From positions 1-35,093 of the IMG/VR virus record IMGVR_UViG_3300030329_004417: DNA of 35,093 nucleotides; one strand, given 5' to 3'. Below the pieces are notes generated by a model, which worked only from the letters and a program-made list of their open reading frames with translations, did not search any database and was not told the DNA's origin. Made by a program: the position numbers and the translations under genes. Below, one piece after another: positions 8,297-16,392 of the stretch. Source of the stretch: a virus (lineage: Duplodnaviria > Caudoviricetes). The first letter of the stretch is position 1, and every line of letters starts with the position of its first letter.

Positions 8297-9303
8297 TTTT
8301 TAACGTCCTTTCTAGTGGGACCGTACCCTAAGTATACCTCATCAAAGCGACCCAAGTCCAGTGATCGTAAAAATCCCTGCTCCTGTGCTGTCGATTGAAA
8401 GTAGTTCATGAAGTTGACGAATAGATAGTTGGGTTGAATCTTCTTCACAGCCCGTTCGAATTGGTAATAAGAAAATGTCGCTATGCGCCGCACTTTCTGC
8501 GTTACGGTGGTCAATTCTTCTTCTTGCTGGATTTTGTCGAAATCGATCTCGATCGAATCCTCGAAGAAGGGGCCAGATTTACCTCCCACCCGAATTGGAT
8601 AGGTACGTATCACCATACAAACATCGCCCAGTGCGGAAGGATGCGCGCCGATATCGGACAACGCTTGTGCCGGTGTTACGTCCCGGCTCGTGCAATAAGG
8701 ATAGTGGCTAGAATTGAGACTCAATCCGAATCCTTGCGCTACTTCCATTAAAGCGGGCATTCGGTCCAAAGTTACGGACCAATCTACTTCATCGAATTTG
8801 GTGTCATAATTGGCGTGGGAAAACCCTATTTTTCCCCACTCCGCTAACAATTGTCTGTAGGGGAGTTCATCGTAACGACGCATAATCTTCCGGGTAAATG
8901 CGGCACCGGTTCCACTTGCCGTCGATCCACGTGATTTGGCTATGTCAGCCTCGGCGTCAATATCGGCCTGTGTAATCACGGCTATATAGGGGCTTATAAC
9001 TATAGTACCTATCCTGTTGGCGTGCTCCGCGATTTCATCTGCCAATTGCTTGGGATTAATAACTGATCCGGGTCCAATATAAACATCGTCTTTTGCGTAG
9101 CGGTGAATTGCCGATGTCGGCAGATGGTGGAGTATTACTTTCTTGTCGCTGAGATACGAAGTATGGCCAGAATTTGCTCCATTGGTCGAACAATGCAGGG
9201 CTTCGCCTATCTGCGGAGAAAAGTAGGAACTAACCAATCCCTTGCCACACGACCCAAACTGACCATCGATAATCAAATTGATCTTACCTCTTTTTCCGAA
9301 CAT
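8278..9303 (-). CDS. purZ: PurZ, N6-succino-2-amino-2'-deoxyadenylate synthase (adenylosuccinate synthetase paralogue)
   Basis: DGQFGSCGKG (Ser in place of the PurA catalytic Asp of GDEGKG), NSGHT, EVAQGFGL...YPYCTSRD, RTYPIRVG, TTVT..VRR and NFMNY. RBS AAGGGG before ATG 9303. Confidence 0.9.
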   Translation of the reverse strand: MFGKRGKINLIIDGQFGSCGKGLVSSYFSPQIGEALHCSTNGANSGHTSYLSDKKVILHHLPTSAIHRYAKDDVYIGPGSVINPKQLADEIAEHANRIGTIVISPYIAVITQADIDAEADIAKSRGSTASGTGAAFTRKIMRRYDELPYRQLLAEWGKIGFSHANYDTKFDEVDWSVTLDRMPALMEVAQGFGLSLNSSHYPYCTSRDVTPAQALSDIGAHPSALGDVCMVIRTYPIRVGGKSGPFFEDSIEIDFDKIQQEEELTTVTQKVRRIATFSYYQFERAVKKIQPNYLFVNFMNYFQSTAQEQGFLRSLDLGRFDEVYLGYGPTRKDVKKWRDTK

Positions 9304-9613
9304 TGACTTCCCCTTTGGTTGCAAATTCTTTAGCGTACTTGACGTAATTTATGATGTCGTCGTAATTATCTTCTACGACCCGACCAGTGGCGATTCGAGC
9401 GAACTTGAGCATCGCTTCTTCGAGACACAACATTTCCTTTGGGCCGGGTTTGCGATGGACGTTACTCCGAACACCGTCGCGAAGAGTGGCCCGCAGGGAC
9501 GCGGCAATACCAAAATTGACCCATCGATCGCCGTATTTATCGCCTCTATTTTCCGATATTGCATATCTGCTTAATTCGTCGTTATCCTGTAAGGATTTGA
9601 AGAATCGCTCCAT
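9284..9613 (-). CDS. DUF6378-like all-helical protein (putative nucleotide-metabolism associated)
   Basis: RGDKYGD...KFARIATG...DNYDDIINY pattern. Probable start ATG 9613 with purine-rich RBS; the ORF track extends to 9751. Confidence 0.55.
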   Translation of the reverse strand: MERFFKSLQDNDELSRYAISENRGDKYGDRWVNFGIAASLRATLRDGVRSNVHRKPGPKEMLCLEEAMLKFARIATGRVVEDNYDDIINYVKYAKEFATKGEVNVRKKR

Positions 9614-9980
9614 GTTGATGTTTCTCTCCCCGCCCACGTATATACGCAATTTGTCCGTCACGGGGGTGACTGCTATTCCAGTCGGTTGAGACGTAGATTG
9701 TGTCGGTTGATCCTTCGGTGACGCAGCAGCACCATCCTGCTTTTCCGCCATGTTTTTGCTCCTTTGCTATGAACCGCCGTTGGAGTTGTGAAAGTCCAAG
9801 GGCAATATTTGCCGACTTTCGAAACTTGAGTTCGATAAATACACTAGGGTAATCGGGATGCTTAACGTAGAGATCAGGAATCCCACCCCTAAAGCGATCA
9901 GAAATCTTAAAAACGTGACACCCTTGGTCTTGCATTGCAAGGCGCAACTGGGTTTGAAACTGTTTTTCATTCGTCGGCAC
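9582..9980 (-). CDS. VRR-NUC / PD-(D/E)xK nuclease (Holliday junction resolvase-like)
   Basis: NEKQFQ...GIPDL...FIELK...LSQLQRRF. GTG start at 9980 with GGAGG RBS. Confidence 0.8.
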   Translation of the reverse strand: MPTNEKQFQTQLRLAMQDQGCHVFKISDRFRGGIPDLYVKHPDYPSVFIELKFRKSANIALGLSQLQRRFIAKEQKHGGKAGWCCCVTEGSTDTIYVSTDWNSSHPRDGQIAYIRGRGEKHQHGAILQILTG

Positions 9981-11760
9981 CGAACGTAGCCTCCTTCCAA
10001 CTTGCACCCTCACCAATATCAACTGCCATCGGCACGGTGCCTACTTTCAAAGTTAAATCGATTACGTCACCGGGACCAAACGCCATCATCCGTTCTTCGA
10101 TTTTGGCTTTCGCCTCCTTGATTTCCGCAATCGGGATCGAAAAGTCTAAACTATCGTGAATTTGCAACAATGGGGTATACCCCATGTCGTCGCATTCTAC
10201 CATTTTTAATTTACACATGTCCGCGCACGTACCTTGTACGTAACGGGACGACGACCGATAGGTAAATCTCTTCTCTTTCCCTGGGAACCGTTGCTTTCGA
10301 CCAAGGATAGTTTTGGCGTACGGCACCGGGTGGCGCGATTCACAAATAGATTTGGCTTTGTCCAGGAACAGCTTAACCTCTGGGAACTGGTGAAAATACT
10401 GTCGTTTGTACAATTTGGCTTGTTTTTCCGTACACCCTAGAGACGCGGCCAATTTCGCCACACCAATCCAATTGATCAAGCCCATATTCATCCGCTTGGC
10501 AGTAGTGTCGCGATCGACATTCATCATTTGGGCTACTGTCCCGTGCATGTCAATAGGTGGATCGGACAAATACCCTCCGATGAGTTTTCGGGATTTAGTG
10601 TAATAAGAGAAAATTCGGTACTCTTGTTGGCTGTAGTCCATGGAGAGCCATCTTTCTCCTTCATCCGGGACGAACACGGACCGAAATAAGACAGCAAGCT
10701 CCTTATTGTGTTTAGGTACTTGCTGCATGTTAGGTTGGCTAGAAGATAGTCTTGCCAAGGAGCCTTTATCCTCAAAATTAAAAGCCTCTCCCCTGAGTTG
10801 GTTAAAGTTAGTGTGCACTCGCCCATTGTGGATATGTTTCTCAGCAAGCGGACCAAGGAAAGAGTTAACGAGGTTGGTGAACTTCCGGAGTGTGATAATA
10901 TCTCGGCCCTTCTCTCTTTCTTTGAGCCAATCTTCTGTAAACGATGGATTGCCCTTTGGCGTGAGATTCCATTCATCTTTACAATCTGCGAAATATTCTT
11001 GCATCTGGATGGAGCTTCGTGGATTAAAGCCATCGGGTAGCGACTTAGAAACCCGTTCAATCTCACTTTCGACATGTTGTCTAACTTGTCCCAGACGTTG
11101 TTCATCAACACGCACTCCTCGTCTTTCCATACGGAAAAGAGTTCGGAGTACTCGGCATTCGAGGTCGTGTACCGTACGTAGATCGTCTTCATCGATCAAT
11201 CTCTGCTGTTCTTCCCAAACTTGCCAAGTCGATGTACCGTCGCCCTTCGCGTACTCGTGCGCAAGGGGGTCTTGGGCATCAAGCTTCCAGTAATTGCCCA
11301 TTTGGCGTCGGTTAGCTTCACCACCGAATTCTTCTGCAAGATGTTGATAGAGGGCTTCACCCTTTTTGACCTGCACACCATGATACTTGCTCACTCCGTC
11401 TAGTGAAAAAGAGGGCATATACTCGTTAATAAGGCATGCGTTGACCATAGTACATTCCACTGGGCCTTTAAACTCAATGTTATGATTAGCACTAAAGTGG
11501 AGATCAAACTTAAGGTGGTGACCGACAATGCGAATATCGTCACGTGCCGCAATTTCGGTCTGAATCCACTTTTCGACCTGACCGGCATCACAGTTATCGC
11601 CTTGCCCATGCCTAACCGGGAAATAGAAAGTGTCGTCTTCTCGGGGGCCAAGGGTAATGACGTACCCGCAGACTTTTTTTGTTTTCCAATCCAGTCCAGT
11701 AGTTTCTGTGTCATAAACAACAGTTGAAACATCTTTAAGCCTTGGTGGATCGAATTGCAT
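9967..11760 (-). CDS. family A DNA polymerase with 3'-5' exonuclease (candidate DpoZ-type)
   Basis: Exonuclease motifs DTETTG, HHLKFD and YAKGD. Polymerase motifs RLSSSQPNMQQ, DYSQQEYR (A), AKRMNMG (B), VQGTCAD and IHDS (C). Confidence 0.92.
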   Translation of the reverse strand: MQFDPPRLKDVSTVVYDTETTGLDWKTKKVCGYVITLGPREDDTFYFPVRHGQGDNCDAGQVEKWIQTEIAARDDIRIVGHHLKFDLHFSANHNIEFKGPVECTMVNACLINEYMPSFSLDGVSKYHGVQVKKGEALYQHLAEEFGGEANRRQMGNYWKLDAQDPLAHEYAKGDGTSTWQVWEEQQRLIDEDDLRTVHDLECRVLRTLFRMERRGVRVDEQRLGQVRQHVESEIERVSKSLPDGFNPRSSIQMQEYFADCKDEWNLTPKGNPSFTEDWLKEREKGRDIITLRKFTNLVNSFLGPLAEKHIHNGRVHTNFNQLRGEAFNFEDKGSLARLSSSQPNMQQVPKHNKELAVLFRSVFVPDEGERWLSMDYSQQEYRIFSYYTKSRKLIGGYLSDPPIDMHGTVAQMMNVDRDTTAKRMNMGLINWIGVAKLAASLGCTEKQAKLYKRQYFHQFPEVKLFLDKAKSICESRHPVPYAKTILGRKQRFPGKEKRFTYRSSSRYVQGTCADMCKLKMVECDDMGYTPLLQIHDSLDFSIPIAEIKEAKAKIEERMMAFGPGDVIDLTLKVGTVPMAVDIGEGASWKEATFGADE

Positions 11761-11926
11761 CAATAAACTCCGCTTCTTCGTATTGACCTAAAGTCGTGAC
11801 CGACATCACGATTTCCCACATTCGGACGCAATAGGCGCGCCAAGAACGAGAGCGGGGGTCCATTTCTGATATGGGTCGCCCAATTACGACTTCGCCTTTT
11901 AGATGAGGATCGTTGCGCGGATACAT
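11735..11926 (-). CDS. hypothetical protein
   Basis: ATG coupled to the upstream stop (TGATG); overlaps the polymerase start. Confidence 0.5.
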   Translation of the reverse strand: MYPRNDPHLKGEVVIGRPISEMDPRSRSWRAYCVRMWEIVMSVTTLGQYEEAEFIDAIRSTKA

Positions 11927-12126
11927 CAGTTCACTGCCTTTTCTTGACAAGCGTAGAGAATTTTCCACTGTTTGGCGCTAAGGCGAATTCCAGCCCCGTA
12001 TTCTTCATAGCGCTGCTGGTTGTCGCTGATGAAGCCCTGCTCCCAACCGTTGAGTTTTTCAAAATTGTCGTTGCAATCCTGCAGGATTTCTTGCAGCTTA
12101 ACATCTTCGTCGTCCGTGATTGACAT
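11926..12126 (-). CDS. small hypothetical phage protein (L..WE.GFI...RLS.KQ..IL)
   Basis: GGAGG RBS; 66 aa. Confidence 0.6.
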   Translation of the reverse strand: MSITDDEDVKLQEILQDCNDNFEKLNGWEQGFISDNQQRYEEYGAGIRLSAKQWKILYACQEKAVN

Positions 12127-12136
12127 TTAAACCTCC

Positions 12137-12163
12137 AAAAAGAAGGGGGGCCGAAGCCCCCCC
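12137..12163 (-). terminator. intrinsic terminator after the SSB-like gene
   Basis: Minus strand GGGGGGC-TTCG-GCCCCCC-TTCTTTTT. The hairpin is identical to the one at 24731-24748. Confidence 0.8.
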
Positions 12164-12167
12164 AGTT

Positions 12168-12995
12168 CTACATGCGTTCGTCTTCTTCCGTGGGAACCGA
12201 GGATTCGGACTCCTGCATGCCTTCCTCGTCGCGAATCTGCATACCCAGATTCTTGAAGCTTTCGTAATACTCCCGCATGGAGAGGAACTCAGCTTCATCC
12301 TCAACGAAACCGACCCGCTTGAACTTATAGGACTTGAAGTCCTCGTTCCGATCGTTGGTTTCGTCCGAAGACGACATTTCGTAGACCAGCCCGTACGAGG
12401 GAGCGTTCGCCATTTTAAGCTTGGAGTACAACTCCTTGCCGATCTTTTCGCTCGATCGTTGACACGTTATCACGCAAGGCGACAACTCGGGATGATCGGG
12501 CAACCAGCACGCAAAGCAGTGCATCGCGGTTGCGGCGGGCGGCGAATCCTCTTCATCGGGATCGTAGCTACCCCAGTCAGCCAGTCCGCTTTCGCGCACG
12601 GTATCTGCCGTTTTCCATACGCCTGTCTTTTTCTGGCCTTTGTAGAGATTGACTTCAAACTCGCGATTAGCCGGGTTCCAATGGACACCGTCGTCACTGC
12701 GGGCCAAAATACCACCGCCATCATGGCGCGGGTTCCACAGCAAGTACCGCTTCGTGTAGTAGAGCGGAATAATGCGAACCGTGTCGCCTAGGGACAAATC
12801 GCCCAACAGGTGGTAGAAGTCGCCTGCTTTTTCGTCACCCGATTGCACGAGTTCCGAAATGCCTTGCAGCAGGATTACGCGGGGAATTATCAGGTCTTCT
12901 GACGTACCTGCTTCCGTGCCCTCGCCACGGTAGTCATTCATGAATGTGGGCAGCGCGCCCGATTCTTGCTTTGCAACAGCTTTACTTTTAGCCAT
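12168..12995 (-). CDS. putative ssDNA-binding/recombination-associated protein
   Basis: DLIIPRVILLQ..S...GDFY pattern, aromatic-rich core and acidic C-terminal tail. Lies upstream of the polymerase and is followed by a terminator. Confidence 0.55.
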   Translation of the reverse strand: MAKSKAVAKQESGALPTFMNDYRGEGTEAGTSEDLIIPRVILLQGISELVQSGDEKAGDFYHLLGDLSLGDTVRIIPLYYTKRYLLWNPRHDGGGILARSDDGVHWNPANREFEVNLYKGQKKTGVWKTADTVRESGLADWGSYDPDEEDSPPAATAMHCFACWLPDHPELSPCVITCQRSSEKIGKELYSKLKMANAPSYGLVYEMSSSDETNDRNEDFKSYKFKRVGFVEDEAEFLSMREYYESFKNLGMQIRDEEGMQESESSVPTEEDERM

Positions 12996-12996
12996 A

Positions 12997-13503
12997 CTAT
13001 TTCACTTTCGTTACACTTGTGTTTTCACGATACGTTACGTTGAACACCTCTTCGGGGAGTTCTTCTCCCTCTTCTATTTGAGATTTGGCCCATGCGGACA
13101 AAGTGGAGGCGTTCACGGTCGGAGTGACCAATTCACCATGTCCGTTTATTTCGAGCCAACCCATCCCAGATTCTCTGTCTTTCATTGAAGCGAACACTCG
13201 TTGCGATACGGTCAAACGGAACGGACCGTTCTCCGTTTCGATCGTCATTGTCTTGACGCCTTCTTCATCGAAGCGTTCGGGGATTTGGAATTCTTTGATT
13301 TGGGCGCGACACTTGCTAATTTCTTTGGTTAGCTTGTCAAGTTCGGTCGCTACTTGATGGAATTCAACATAATCTTGCAACAGAGCGGGCAGGGATTGTT
13401 TTTTTGATTCGGTATATACCCAATCCTTAAGATGAACAAGATCAGAAGTAAGCTTTTCAGCTGTATCCCGAAGTTTGCGAATCGATAAATCTACTACAGT
13501 CAT
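12997..13503 (-). CDS. conserved phage replication-module protein (coiled coil plus WL..NGHG.LV..TVN..TL)
   Basis: AAAGGAG RBS; recognisable phage hypothetical-protein pattern. Confidence 0.6.
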   Translation of the reverse strand: MTVVDLSIRKLRDTAEKLTSDLVHLKDWVYTESKKQSLPALLQDYVEFHQVATELDKLTKEISKCRAQIKEFQIPERFDEEGVKTMTIETENGPFRLTVSQRVFASMKDRESGMGWLEINGHGELVTPTVNASTLSAWAKSQIEEGEELPEEVFNVTYRENTSVTKVK

Positions 13504-13520
13504 TTACTCTCTCCTTTGGT

Positions 13521-13835
13521 TTATAGCGTCACCGTTACTGGGAAGTATCCGCGCTCTCGCTTGTCCCATTTCAGGCAGCGAAAGTGTGTTACCCCTTGGG
13601 CGCAGATTGCTGCTGATGCGGCAACCATCAATATTGGGTCGCCAGATAAAAGCAGACTGTCGCGCGTAGGGTCGAACGTCTTGAGCTTCCGCTCCATAAT
13701 CATTCGAACACGAATCATGTCGTAATTGTCGGGGAATTGTTCTTTGGCGACTAGCGGAACCAATGTCCCGTATGTGCGGGCGGCGCTAAAATCGCGATGA
13801 TCTTCGGTTTGGGTGATGAAAACTCGTTTAACCAT
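13521..13835 (-). CDS. small alpha/beta hypothetical protein
   Basis: First gene after the promoter at 13.95 kb; VFITQ...DFSAA..YG...DSLLLSGDP...LKWD. Confidence 0.6.
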   Translation of the reverse strand: MVKRVFITQTEDHRDFSAARTYGTLVPLVAKEQFPDNYDMIRVRMIMERKLKTFDPTRDSLLLSGDPILMVAASAAICAQGVTHFRCLKWDKRERGYFPVTVTL

Positions 13836-13938
13836 TCTTTACTCTCTTCTTTTTAGTGGGGGTGGGGTTCTCGTCCAAAACCCCACCCCCGACCTTGGGG
13901 AGGTCCATACAGGGCCGTTAAAGGGCTGCTGTACCTAT

Positions 13939-13974
13939 ATCCTAGCACAGGGGGTGGTGCGGGTCAAGAGGAAG
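13939..13974 (-). promoter_or_regulatory. sigma70-type promoter for the replication operon
   Basis: TTGACC (13967-13962), 17-bp spacer, TAGGAT (13944-13939) with extended TG. Confidence 0.7.
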
Positions 13975-14353
13975 TTAATGTCCCGCTAAAAGGACCAGAA
14001 GGACCAACAGGACTATCGATTGCACTACCCACTCGTTTTTCCTTAGCCAAGTGGTCCGTGAGTTGTCGTCCAATACGCCTCGATTCAAGTTTCGCATCTT
14101 CTGTCCTTATTTGTGGTTGAATGACTGGTGCGACGTCGGAATCCAGGATCGCTTGCGCTATTGCTTTCAGCGCAGCGTTGCCCCTATTTGCTTCGTTCAT
14201 CATACCCTCGATCGTGGTTGCTTCCACTTCATAAGTGGTGTAATGATAACCGCAGCTGTGACACATTCTGCGACGCCGTATCGCTGATTCGGTCGGCCTG
14301 GAATCCTTAACACGGGATTGAGGCGATCCGCAGTTCGGACAATATATACTCAT
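13964..14353 (-). CDS. NrdR-like zinc-ribbon protein (no ATP cone)
   Basis: CPNCG...SRVKDSR....[18 protein letters not shown] matches the NrdR N-terminal Zn ribbon. Confidence 0.8.
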   Translation of the reverse strand: MSIYCPNCGSPQSRVKDSRPTESAIRRRRMCHSCGYHYTTYEVEATTIEGMMNEANRGNAALKAIAQAILDSDVAPVIQPQIRTEDAKLESRRIGRQLTDHLAKEKRVGSAIDSPVGPSGPFSGTLTSS

Positions 14354-14367
14354 TACTCTCTCCTATG

Positions 14368-14632
14368 TTGCTGTAGTGGGTGTGTAGAGTATCGTAGTGG
14401 GTGCATACTCTACACCAGAGGCCGCGTCCGTCGCGGGCTGACGGCCAGTGTAGTGTATGTAGTGGGTCTCTCTCCTTATTTTTTGGGAGAGAGGAGGTCC
14501 TATAGGGGGGAGGCTGTCCCTTAGGGAGATGTGGCGTCTCATACTCTACACCCACTACATACACTACAGGCCGCGTCCGACGCGGGGTCTGGGCGTAGTG
14601 GGTGCGGCGACGCACCCACTACATACCCTACA
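14368..14632. repeat. iteron/palindrome element L
   Basis: Multiple TGTAG(T/A/G)G and CTACA units. CCGCGTCCG(T/A)CGCGG at 14422-14436 and 14571-14585. 19-bp perfect inverted repeat at 14449-14467/14550-14568. Confidence 0.9.
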
Positions 14633-14633
14633 G

Positions 14634-15278
14634 CTAGGCCGCTTTCTTCTTTGCGGCTTGCTTTTCGCGCTGTTTCTTGAGGTTTTCGAGACGCTTCTTC
14701 TCGTTCTCCTTCTTCTTTTTCTCGTGTTCATCACGAGTTTTGTCGAGCGCCGATTGGTTGCTTTTCGCCGCTGCGGCTGGTGCTTTCCCAACGATCGTGA
14801 CCTTCTCGCCTTTGTTTGCTTTCCGGCGAAGCATGTTGCCGAGATTCATCCGTTTCATTCCCGGATTGAGTTTGTTCTTAGTCCACTTGTCCCAATTTTC
14901 CTTGAGGCCATTTTCATTAGCCACCGCAGAAAGTTCGGCAGAAGTCAAGCCCATCAGGGCCTGCGCAACATCGTCACCGTTGTTGATGGAAGGCGCGCCG
15001 GACTCGGTTTTCACGGCGTTGTCGACTTCGTACTTGTCGCGATACGAATCGTCGACGGCCTTGAACCGCGTCGATTTGATCGTCACCTGCACTTCGTCTT
15101 GCGGATCGCGTTCCAGCTTGACCTTATACACGCCGAGTTTCTTGTCTTCCGACACAATGAGGCCTGGTCCCTTCGGAGTGTGGACGCGCCGATTTTCGTA
15201 TTCGGACGTGCCCCACACTGGCTTGGGCTTTTCTTTGAGCTTCTTATCGTCAGTTATCGCTTTAGCTTCGTCGGCCAT
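14634..15278 (-). CDS. Lys-rich hypothetical protein with NNGDD...LNPGMxRMNLGN domain
   Basis: AAAGGAG RBS before ATG 15278 (frame open to 15419); paralogous to 16393-16785. Confidence 0.75.
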   Translation of the reverse strand: MADEAKAITDDKKLKEKPKPVWGTSEYENRRVHTPKGPGLIVSEDKKLGVYKVKLERDPQDEVQVTIKSTRFKAVDDSYRDKYEVDNAVKTESGAPSINNGDDVAQALMGLTSAELSAVANENGLKENWDKWTKNKLNPGMKRMNLGNMLRRKANKGEKVTIVGKAPAAAAKSNQSALDKTRDEHEKKKKENEKKRLENLKKQREKQAAKKKAA

Positions 15279-15437
15279 GTGAATTTCTCCTTTGTTGACC
15301 AATTTCCAAATTTTGACGCGAGCGTGATAAAGAGATTCGAATCTTCGCGCCGCTCCGATAAACTCTAATTCTTCGTTGCACTCGTCGAGTGATAGTTCTT
15401 GGATCGGTTTATCTAACATAATTTAACACGTCCTTTG

Positions 15438-15665
15438 TTACCCGTCAATAAGAATCTCACCGTACCCGTTGCACAGCCCGCATTCCTTATCGTGGCCTTT
15501 GTAGCGATACTTCACCCCACCTTTAGTGAAATATTTAGTCTTGAATGTGTGCCCATACCCTTTACACTTCTCGCAGCGGCACTGGCCGTTCACAATGTGT
15601 GGAACTTTTCCCATCTGCATTCGAAGATCGGAAGGTGACGCGCGCCGCATTTCGAAATACCTCAT
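15438..15665 (-). CDS. small protein with DnaJ-type CxxCxGxG zinc-finger pair
   Basis: CEKCKGYG ... CGLCNGYG; ATGA-coupled to the upstream gene. Confidence 0.65.
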   Translation of the reverse strand: MRYFEMRRASPSDLRMQMGKVPHIVNGQCRCEKCKGYGHTFKTKYFTKGGVKYRYKGHDKECGLCNGYGEILIDG

Positions 15666-15952
15666 CCTTTATACCCCCATGCGCGCAGTTCTTCGACCAA
15701 TTGGCCAAAAGAAGGGACTTCGACTTGATTCTCGTATTGCCAATCCTCGGGGAATTCTTTGAATCCCGCAACGTCCATAAGCTGCTTTTTGGTGTAACGT
15801 TCGTTCAGACGAATCAGCGTCAGTCCGATCTGGTCGTCGTTCATGTGGCGCACTACTTTCACGATCTTGAGGTACTGCGCGTTCGTGATCTTGAATGTTG
15901 CGCGTAGGGACTGCTCGCCCCATTTGGCTGAATGGAATAAGAACATTACCAT
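15662..15952 (-). CDS. hypothetical protein
   Basis: AAGGAGGG RBS; packed in the early operon. Confidence 0.6.
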   Translation of the reverse strand: MVMFLFHSAKWGEQSLRATFKITNAQYLKIVKVVRHMNDDQIGLTLIRLNERYTKKQLMDVAGFKEFPEDWQYENQVEVPSFGQLVEELRAWGYKG

Positions 15953-15970
15953 ACCCCTCCTTTGCTCCTC

Positions 15971-16309
15971 CTATACGAGCGTCGAAATGTTGTCGAGAAT
16001 GCCGAGACCTTTCGCGAACACACCGTCTTTTTTGGCGTGCATGACGATGTGGCGTCGGAATCCACGACGCGGCAGGTGAAGGAACGGCAACTCAACGTCG
16101 CACGTGCGTCCATCTTTAAGTACGCCGTGGCAGTACGAAACGTCCCAAACGGGGTGGCCCGGATCGCTCAACAAGCGAAGCCGGATCACGCGTTTCAGTC
16201 GATTGTCGCCCCACGAAACGCGACCCGCGTACTTCTCTTTGTCGTAGAAGTCGTCGTGCGAGTAGGGCAGCGGGTTCGTCTCGTTGATTCCGTAGATTGC
16301 GCAAGTCAT
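15971..16309 (-). CDS. hypothetical protein
   Basis: AGGGGG RBS; 112 aa; early operon. Confidence 0.6.
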   Translation of the reverse strand: MTCAIYGINETNPLPYSHDDFYDKEKYAGRVSWGDNRLKRVIRLRLLSDPGHPVWDVSYCHGVLKDGRTCDVELPFLHLPRRGFRRHIVMHAKKDGVFAKGLGILDNISTLV

Positions 16310-16392
16310 GATTACCCCCTATCTAGAACTCTCTACCCCGAAAGCCCGGCAGGGCGAACCATACCGGGCTGGTCGGGTGGATGGGTTCCGGT

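Noticed and set aside
8278-9303. Ordinary purA auxiliary metabolic gene
   Set aside because: The catalytic Asp is replaced by Ser, the GTP-specificity motif is replaced by NFMN, and the neighbours are dNTP hydrolases, which fits PurZ.
14307-14615. ORFs across the repeat elements (14307-14615, 17030-17578, 17213-17461)
   Set aside because: The translations (repeated THY/YTP/VVG) just mirror the iterons, and no convincing RBS is present.
14529-15368. Long plus-strand ORFs antisense to early and replication genes (e.g. 14529-15368, 12120-12791, 10640-11293, 16381-16998)
   Set aside because: These are shadow frames of well-supported minus-strand genes and have no recognisable motifs.
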